The notes beneath the pieces are model-generated. The model ran no database searches. It was not told the origin of the DNA and saw only the letters and a program-made list of their open reading frames with translations. From an uncultured virus (IMG/VR IMGVR_UViG_3300030372_003010) (lineage: Duplodnaviria > Heunggongvirae > Uroviricota > Caudoviricetes): DNA of 20,000 nucleotides. Each line of letters opens with the position of its first letter. Position 1 is the stretch's first letter. Shown piece after piece: positions 1-7,601 of this stretch. The stretch lies in IMG/VR virus record IMGVR_UViG_3300030372_003010; one strand, written 5' to 3'. Position numbers and translations under genes: made by a program.

Positions 1-3000
1 CAATTATTTTTAACTGTTCCTCAGAAAGAATCACTATATGCAAGTATAAAAAATACTATTCCTAAATTTAAGAATGCTGAGCCTATAACTATAGAGGAAG
101 CATTAGCAGAAGACTTTAGAAGTTATGCAAAAGGTCAAAAGAAATTTAAAGGAATAGTTGGTAAGATATTTAATCTTATTAATAAGTTTCTTAAATGGAT
201 GTATGGTGGAGTAACTAGGACAGATATGACTAGTTTGAGAGATATACCTAGGGTAAAAGAACTGTATAACCAATTATACAAGGGTGAGATACTAGATTTA
301 AAACCTAGCACGCAAAATATATATGAAGATTTCCATGTACTGAATAGCTTACAAAATACTATAAAGCTTACTAAAAAAGATCAAGATAACTTTGACGAGT
401 TTACAATTGATGAGACTAATATTGTTTTAAATACTTTTGATAATATTGTAGCAGATATTATTAAGAGTTCTTCAATATCTAATAATGATCTTAATATATT
501 TAAGAAAGTTTTAAATACAAAGAGTGAGATTCTTTTTGATGCTGTTTATGAGGAGCTGTCAGAAACAAGAGATGGTTTATTTGAACAAGTTGAAAAGTTA
601 AATATTACAGAAGATAGTTCTCCAGAAGATCTTTTTGAAGAAGAAAGACTTTTTGATAAAATTGATCTGCTAAATAAAACATTGAATAATTTTGGAGATG
701 TAACTTTATCACTAGAAGGTAAGCAAAAAACAGGAGTAGTTGCATTCTATCTTAATTCAGGAAGATTTTCATTAGTAAAAGAAATTTATAAGGATGATAT
801 TGCTGATGAAGGTCAATTAGATATAGATGATACAACTTCTGTTGAAGACATGCAGCAGTATAGAGATGATAAAGCTAATTTATTTAATCCTCAAACACTT
901 GCAAGTCAAGACACCTTAAGCTTATTATCTTTAATAACTCAAGTAGAAAAGAATGCTAAAGGCGAGTATACACAAATACCAGATTATTTTGGCTATCCTC
1001 AAGTAGAAGACATAGGAATTATATGGAACAGGGTATCTAAGGTTACAGAAGGTTCATTTAGTTATGCTGATTTTTATAAAAGACTTATAGAAAATTCAAC
1101 AAACTATCCGCAACTTCAGCAGCTAGCAGATATATTAAAACCTCCCGGTGAAGCATATAAAAATAATTCCGAGTTTAATACTGAAACAAATTTGTATCAA
1201 GACTTATCTAAACCAAGAGTTCGTTTTAGACAATTAAATATTATTAAAAGTGTTCTTAGAAGAGAAACTGAATTCACTGAAGAAGTAGCTGAGTTTGATA
1301 TAGGAGTTGCTGATGCATCTTTCTCTACAAGAGGTGTTATAGCAGACTGGACTAATCAATTCGCAACATCTACTAAGTTCACCAATCCTTATGTAGAGCT
1401 TAATGGTTTAGAGCCTGTACTTAATGTTAAAAAAATAATTAAAGACTTTAGTAATTCTAAGACAGGTTTATTTAAAAAGAATTTATCATTACCATTTTTA
1501 AGAGCTTTAGGTATAGCATTAGATCCAACAAGTGCAGAGATACAAGCTGAAGCAGCTAATGTAAATTCTTTCTATTCAGGATATAGAATTGATTTAATAT
1601 TTGATTCAATTAAACTAGTTAATAAAGCTTTGAATTCTGATTCTGTTGCAGATATTTCATCAGCAGAAAAGTTTATTAAAAGTCCTATTGAGTATTTAAG
1701 AAAAGGACTTCCTAAAAATATAAGACTTTCACCGGAGCAAAACAACAATGTTAAAAACAGAATAAATCAATTAGCAGAATTGCAAGTTAAATATTCAGAT
1801 AAGTATTCTAATTTTAGTACAACATTGCCTACAGATGATAGAGTTTGGGAACAGCAAAATGCTAGTGCAATAGTTAGAAGAGTTCAAGCATTAAATAATG
1901 CTGATAACTTTCAACAACTTACAACTCCAGAAGCAGATCCAGATGGTATTTACAAACATATGTACTTTTTAGCTGAAAATAATAATACATTTTCTAAGTA
2001 CTCTCGTATATTGAATTCATTATTTGTATTAGATAATGAAGCAAACTATGGAGAAAGAAGAACTATGTTAGTTGATGGTAAACAAGCCCCTGTTACACTA
2101 GATACATATAATATAGGAGGTACTAAATACATAGATACAGATAACTTCTCAAACAATCAAGGTGCTAAAACATCTAGGATAGAGGTTACTGGTAAGTTTT
2201 TACAAGAGTTAAATAGCATGCTTTTAAATGGAGTAGAGGAGTTTATGAGACATGCTTCTAAGAATACTGCAATGGGAATAGGTGTTAGTAAGATATTTGG
2301 AAATAATACTACGAAACATTTATACATAGATGTAAAAGACTTTGGTCCTATTAAAGGTAATGCTGGAAAATTAAAAGGTGTTGATATAGTTAATGGATAT
2401 CTTAAAGCTGAACTAGAACGTATGTTTAAATATACAAAGTTTAAAGATACAAAGTTTAAAGATTTTTCAGGTTATAATAGAAAGGTTCTTAAGAAGGATG
2501 GTTCAGGTAAATTTATTGAAGCAGGTTCAGCATTTACTATTTTTGATGATATATTAACTGAGGAAGTTCAGAAGGATCTTTATGATATGGTAGATAAAGC
2601 TATAGCAAATAAAACTGTTATGGAATCAATACCTGAAGAACTTCAAGAAAGAGTTAATAAAGACATGCTAGAATATTTTGATAAAGTTGTAGATAATAAT
2701 GTCAAATTATTTAATAAGGCCGGATATGTTTCAGAGCAATTGATAGATATTGTTCAAACACCTGGTATGGCACCATCTATAATAACTAGATCTTTAATGT
2801 CTGCTTATACTTTTAATTCTTTTATACATAAAGTAGAGACCACAATCCTAGGTTATGGTGATGCTGTACAGTACGATCATTCTAAAGAAGAGTTTCATAA
2901 AAGAAATTCTTGGTTAGCAACAGGTGCTAGAAACTTAAGATCTGATATTGATGCACAAAATTTTATTAATACTATTTATAAGTTTAGACATGCTGCTAAA

Positions 3001-6000
3001 CATGGCTATAGTGTAAATCCTTACAACGGGACATTTAATGCAGGTATAATAAAAGAAAAAGTTATTGAAAAATCAGAATACTATGAAGAGTATTTAGATG
3101 CTGTAGCTAATGCTATAAATAAAAGAATTAAGAATAAAAAGAAATCTAAAGAGCTTGCAGAAAAAGTACTATCTGAATATCTAGGTATTAAAGAAGGTGA
3201 CGGTCAAGGTTATATTCCTATTGAGTATTATAGAATGATGCAAGATTTAGCTGGTCTATGGTCTCCTGAACAAGAAGCTTTATACAATGATATAGTTTCA
3301 GGTGTAGAAATAAATCCTGAAGAAGTTACTCAGATGTTCCCTCCTTTAAAGTATCAATACTCAGGAAATCTTAAAACAGAAGGTTTACCTTTAACAGCAC
3401 AGCATAAGTTTTCTTTAACTCCAATAGTACCTGAACTTTTACCTGAAGGTTCTAATCTTTTAAAACTACATGATAGTATGGTTAAGCAAAATATTGCTTA
3501 TTCAACTTTTGAGTCCGGTTCTAAGATTGCTCATTTAGGTACACCAACAAATTTACTTAACGAAGATGGTTCTTATAATGAAGAAGCACAGTTTACTCCT
3601 AATGTTATTTATGCAGACTATCTTAAAAGTCAAGTTAATGTAAATAAAGAATTTAAAGGTAATGTTGTTTTCTCTACTCAGATGAGAAAATTAGTCTTAG
3701 AAGGTTTATTTAATAAAGGTAAGTTAAAGCCTGGAGCAAAATCCATACATGATTCTTATATTAAAAACATACGTGACTATACTGAGTTAGTTGAGTTTGA
3801 GTTTTTAGAAGAGATAGGTTTTGAAAAAAGAGGAGATAAATATTTTATGAAAGATAAATCAAGTATAAGAAACTTGGTTAACCTTGTAAGAAATAGTCTC
3901 TTAAATCAAGATGTTCTAGGAGATCATTTAATAAACATAATAGATATTACTGCTAATAATAATCTATCTTTAGATTTATCTTTACATCCTCAAGCAGATA
4001 GAATAGAGAAGTTAATATTGTCTCTAATCAATAAAAGAATTATTAAACAAAAGTTTAATGGAGAACCATTAGTTCAAATGGCTCCAACATTTGCTGAGGG
4101 AATGTTCTCAGAGCCTGAAAGTAAATTAAAGAAAGGTACTGCTGAATACATTAAGAAACTAAAAGGTAGTAATTTCTTACCAACATATCACGAGACTGTA
4201 AGAGCTAATAAAAAAGTTACTGCAGCTACTAAGGTTGTATTAACTATGCAAGGAGATTTCTTTAATCTTCTAAATATAGAGTATGAAGGAGAAGTGATAG
4301 GCACAGTTGAAAAACTTAATGAGTTACTAAAGGAAGATGACTTTGTAGATAAATACAGAGATCAGATTTCAATAGTAGGTGTACGTATTCCAGTGCAAGG
4401 TCTAAACTCTATGGAGTTTGCTGAAGTATTTCATTTCTTACCACCAGGTAATTCTAATGTAATTATTTCTGCATCAGAGCTAGTTGCAAAATCAGGAGGT
4501 GACTTTGACGTGGATAAATTAACTACATATTTTCCAAATATAAATGAGGAAGGTGCTCTTGTGGGTAAAGCATTTAATTCATTAGCTGAATTGAAAAAAG
4601 ACTTTGCTGAGAGAGCAGATGGGTCTATCAAGTATGATTTAATGAAGCAGCAAAAAGCTGCTATACAAAATAGTATTATAAAAGACTTAAGAAATATTTT
4701 AGAACTTCCTCAAAATTTTGCAAGTCTAATTACACCTAATGCAACTTCATTACTATTACCTATTGCAGAAGAGTTAGCTGAATATGTTATGGAATATAAT
4801 CCTAAGCAATCTTTAATGACTCAAGCTAATGTTAAAGAAGATGGTAAAGAAATTATTAGTCCAACTAGAATTTTTGAAGCAGAGTATAACCTGTATAAAC
4901 ATGAATCAAATAATATAGGTAAAAGAACATTAGGTTTAGGTGCTGTAGAAAATACATTTAATACCTTAATGACAGGTCTAGGTGCATACATGCCTGCTCA
5001 ATTTATGCAAGGGCAAGGTAGAAGCTTAGAAAAAAGAAATAGCAATCTATTCTTAAATCATAATGTTACAAAAGACAAAGCGGGTAATGAAGTTATTTCA
5101 GTATCTAATGAGTATGATGTAAATAATGAAAATAGAGTAGGAGAAGTTATCTCTCAAATGATGAATGGTTGGGTAGATGTTGAAAAAGATGCATGGATAT
5201 TCTACATTCAAGGAAACTATGAGGTTGCACCTCAATTACTTTATTTACTTAAAGCAGGTGTTCCTGTTAGAGAAGCAATATTCTTTGTGTCAAATCCATT
5301 AGTAAGAACATATGTTAAAGAACAACAACTTGCTAACAGTCCCTATAATGAAATGCTAGGTACAAAACCAGCTGAGCCACAATTTGCAAAGTTTAAAGCT
5401 GCAACAGAAACTCTTGCTACAGTAGCTAAATTTGCAGGCAATCCTTATGATGCAAAAAAAGGTATAGGATCAAATAGAGCAAGATATCAAAAAGGGTTAT
5501 CATTAGCTGACAGACATCTTAGAAACGGAGTGTTTCCTTTAAGTAAAATGGAAGCACTTGTTAAGACAGATGTAAATGAATTAACAGATAGTCAAAAAGA
5601 TTTTGCAACTGCTATGTTCTTACATTATCTAGCTATTGAACAACAAATTTCAGATTTAACTAAATTAAAAATAACTATGAATCCTGATACTAACAGTAGA
5701 ACAGGAGGAGCAATTATTGAGCAATCCGAACTTAATATTGAAGAGCTTAAAGGTAGTAGTAAATTAATGCCAGGTATAATTGAAAAATTTGAAAATGATA
5801 GTGTTATTGGTTCTTACTTTAAAAATGATTTATCAGCTAAAATTTTAGAGGCTATATTTCCTTTGAGATTTAATGAAAACTTTGTTTCATTAATGATGTT
5901 AAATAATGAGGAGCTTAAAAAACTATCAAGAATAAAATATGGTACAGTTGACATACAAAAGATAAGCTCATTTTTTAGAGATGAATTTGTAAATTATATA

Positions 6001-7590
6001 TTCCAAAATGTTTTAAGAACTCCTGTAATAAAAGATAACTATAAGAGTTATGTATTAAAAACTAATACTAAAGTTTCTAAAACTATTAAGTTAAACTTTG
6101 GAGCATTTGTCAAAGACGGTGTATTATATACTAATGAAAAAGCATTAGAGAAAGAATTCAAAGATGAACTTTGGGTAAAAGGAAACACAGAGCAAGGTAA
6201 CTATGAATCAAGAGGTTTATATGCATTAAACCCTGCTACATTTAAATCATCAAAGGGTACAAACTTTACTCAGTACAAGCACTTTGTTTTAGAAAGAGAA
6301 ACTTTGAGATCTATCACAAGTATGGAAGATCTTGAGTCTACAACTTTATTTAAAAAAGAACTAAAGAGTATTTCAGAACTAGACCCTACTAAGGGTAACC
6401 CTAAGAAATATGTTTATGAAAAGATACTAGCTAACAAAGCTTTATCTAATATCTTTAATCCATATCATTTGTTTAATGATCCGGTAAATGCATACTCTGT
6501 AGAATACTCACAACTAATGGATAAGTTTGGAGACAAGCTTTCTAAATATACGGTTCTTGAAAAGTTAAAACCTGAAACTAATAAAAAAATAAATAGTTAT
6601 AACTTGTATTTAGCAGAAAAAGATTTTGATAATAATCTATCTACTTTATATAATAAAAACTTAAAAGACTTAGCTAATCCTCAGATACTTAAAGTACCTA
6701 ATTATGAAGATAACTTATATATAAGTGAATTCTTTAGTAGACTTCCTTTAGTAGGATTTTTACAATCCGGTGTATCAGCAGGAAAATATAACTTTACAAA
6801 TATATTAGAACCAAGCGATTATCTATTTATTGTAAAAGACTCTGCTAATAGAATCAATGATTTATTAACAGGGAAAGTTCAATCAGATATGGTTGATATC
6901 TTTAATGGCTTTATGAAGAGTTTTGTAAATGTTAATGATATTAAACCAGGAGCATCAAAAAGAACTAAACCTATATTTAAAGATTACTTAGTTGAGTATG
7001 ATATATTCAAGCCTGATGTAACAGTAGAAGAAACTTCTGAAGATTTAATTGAAGGTGCTGTACCTGGAGTAGTTCTGTATGATGACAGTAAGGATGGTAC
7101 AAAATACTATGAGAACTTAGTAAACAATAATCCAAATACTTTCTTTGTGTATAGTTACTTTTTAACTAATGTTAAAACTACAAATCCTGTTCCTTATAGA
7201 AAGTCTGGATTAATATCTAAACTTTCAGAAGATTTATCAATGGGAATTCCTGTTGGAGTAAATGGATACACAGATAATTTTTCTACCTTTAATCCTGAAA
7301 GATATGATCAGGTAAAAGAAGTGTGGTCAAAAAAGTTTAATACTTTAAGTAAGCTTATAAAAGGTGGTGTCACAATAGCATTACCTAAATCAGGCTTTGG
7401 ATCAACTACAATGCCTAGTGAACTATATATAGATTTATCTAAACAGATGTTGAAGTTTGGAGTTTTAAATCCTGACTCAGCACAATATAAAGATGTAGAA
7501 GAAACAATAGGGGATGTTCAAGGAATATCCGATGCAGAAATAATAACAGAACTAGGATTAGAAGAAGATCCTTTTGTTTGTAAATTTTAA
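1..7590 (+). CDS. Virion-packaged single-polypeptide two-barrel (DPBB) DNA-dependent RNA polymerase, crAss-like type, 5'-partial
   Basis: The frame is open from base 1 (QLFLTVPQKESLY...EEALAEDFRSYAKG...KWMYGG), so the track's start at 199 is internal. The catalytic loop RIPVQG-x~32-SGGDFDVDKL (DFDVD at 4501-4515) matches the DxDxD Mg-binding motif of crAss-like vRNAPs such as phi14:2 gp66. Upstream motifs GDGQGYI (~3196-3216), QHKFSL and FESGSK fit the second barrel. Stop TAA at 7588-7590. Confidence 0.9.
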   Translation, partial: QLFLTVPQKESLYASIKNTIPKFKNAEPITIEEALAEDFRSYAKGQKKFKGIVGKIFNLINKFLKWMYGGVTRTDMTSLRDIPRVKELYNQLYKGEILDLKPSTQNIYEDFHVLNSLQNTIKLTKKDQDNFDEFTIDETNIVLNTFDNIVADIIKSSSISNNDLNIFKKVLNTKSEILFDAVYEELSETRDGLFEQVEKLNITEDSSPEDLFEEERLFDKIDLLNKTLNNFGDVTLSLEGKQKTGVVAFYLNSGRFSLVKEIYKDDIADEGQLDIDDTTSVEDMQQYRDDKANLFNPQTLASQDTLSLLSLITQVEKNAKGEYTQIPDYFGYPQVEDIGIIWNRVSKVTEGSFSYADFYKRLIENSTNYPQLQQLADILKPPGEAYKNNSEFNTETNLYQDLSKPRVRFRQLNIIKSVLRRETEFTEEVAEFDIGVADASFSTRGVIADWTNQFATSTKFTNPYVELNGLEPVLNVKKIIKDFSNSKTGLFKKNLSLPFLRALGIALDPTSAEIQAEAANVNSFYSGYRIDLIFDSIKLVNKALNSDSVADISSAEKFIKSPIEYLRKGLPKNIRLSPEQNNNVKNRINQLAELQVKYSDKYSNFSTTLPTDDRVWEQQNASAIVRRVQALNNADNFQQLTTPEADPDGIYKHMYFLAENNNTFSKYSRILNSLFVLDNEANYGERRTMLVDGKQAPVTLDTYNIGGTKYIDTDNFSNNQGAKTSRIEVTGKFLQELNSMLLNGVEEFMRHASKNTAMGIGVSKIFGNNTTKHLYIDVKDFGPIKGNAGKLKGVDIVNGYLKAELERMFKYTKFKDTKFKDFSGYNRKVLKKDGSGKFIEAGSAFTIFDDILTEEVQKDLYDMVDKAIANKTVMESIPEELQERVNKDMLEYFDKVVDNNVKLFNKAGYVSEQLIDIVQTPGMAPSIITRSLMSAYTFNSFIHKVETTILGYGDAVQYDHSKEEFHKRNSWLATGARNLRSDIDAQNFINTIYKFRHAAKHGYSVNPYNGTFNAGIIKEKVIEKSEYYEEYLDAVANAINKRIKNKKKSKELAEKVLSEYLGIKEGDGQGYIPIEYYRMMQDLAGLWSPEQEALYNDIVSGVEINPEEVTQMFPPLKYQYSGNLKTEGLPLTAQHKFSLTPIVPELLPEGSNLLKLHDSMVKQNIAYSTFESGSKIAHLGTPTNLLNEDGSYNEEAQFTPNVIYADYLKSQVNVNKEFKGNVVFSTQMRKLVLEGLFNKGKLKPGAKSIHDSYIKNIRDYTELVEFEFLEEIGFEKRGDKYFMKDKSSIRNLVNLVRNSLLNQDVLGDHLINIIDITANNNLSLDLSLHPQADRIEKLILSLINKRIIKQKFNGEPLVQMAPTFAEGMFSEPESKLKKGTAEYIKKLKGSNFLPTYHETVRANKKVTAATKVVLTMQGDFFNLLNIEYEGEVIGTVEKLNELLKEDDFVDKYRDQISIVGVRIPVQGLNSMEFAEVFHFLPPGNSNVIISASELVAKSGGDFDVDKLTTYFPNINEEGALVGKAFNSLAELKKDFAERADGSIKYDLMKQQKAAIQNSIIKDLRNILELPQNFASLITPNATSLLLPIAEELAEYVMEYNPKQSLMTQANVKEDGKEIISPTRIFEAEYNLYKHESNNIGKRTLGLGAVENTFNTLMTGLGAYMPAQFMQGQGRSLEKRNSNLFLNHNVTKDKAGNEVISVSNEYDVNNENRVGEVISQMMNGWVDVEKDAWIFYIQGNYEVAPQLLYLLKAGVPVREAIFFVSNPLVRTYVKEQQLANSPYNEMLGTKPAEPQFAKFKAATETLATVAKFAGNPYDAKKGIGSNRARYQKGLSLADRHLRNGVFPLSKMEALVKTDVNELTDSQKDFATAMFLHYLAIEQQISDLTKLKITMNPDTNSRTGGAIIEQSELNIEELKGSSKLMPGIIEKFENDSVIGSYFKNDLSAKILEAIFPLRFNENFVSLMMLNNEELKKLSRIKYGTVDIQKISSFFRDEFVNYIFQNVLRTPVIKDNYKSYVLKTNTKVSKTIKLNFGAFVKDGVLYTNEKALEKEFKDELWVKGNTEQGNYESRGLYALNPATFKSSKGTNFTQYKHFVLERETLRSITSMEDLESTTLFKKELKSISELDPTKGNPKKYVYEKILANKALSNIFNPYHLFNDPVNAYSVEYSQLMDKFGDKLSKYTVLEKLKPETNKKINSYNLYLAEKDFDNNLSTLYNKNLKDLANPQILKVPNYEDNLYISEFFSRLPLVGFLQSGVSAGKYNFTNILEPSDYLFIVKDSANRINDLLTGKVQSDMVDIFNGFMKSFVNVNDIKPGASKRTKPIFKDYLVEYDIFKPDVTVEETSEDLIEGAVPGVVLYDDSKDGTKYYENLVNNNPNTFFVYSYFLTNVKTTNPVPYRKSGLISKLSEDLSMGIPVGVNGYTDNFSTFNPERYDQVKEVWSKKFNTLSKLIKGGVTIALPKSGFGSTTMPSELYIDLSKQMLKFGVLNPDSAQYKDVEETIGDVQGISDAEIITELGLEEDPFVCKF
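2432..2463 (+). repeat. Perfect 15-bp in-frame tandem duplication (ATACAAAGTTTAAAG x2) encoding TKFKD-TKFKD
   Basis: Directly visible at 2432-2446 and 2447-2461, with a partial degenerate copy just upstream. Confidence 0.85.
4501..4515 (+). other. RNA polymerase catalytic DFDxD motif (DFDVD)
   Basis: gac ttt gac gtg gat in frame, preceded by SGG and the conserved upstream R-I-P motif. Confidence 0.9.
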
Positions 7591-7601
7591 ATTAAAAAGA
7601 A

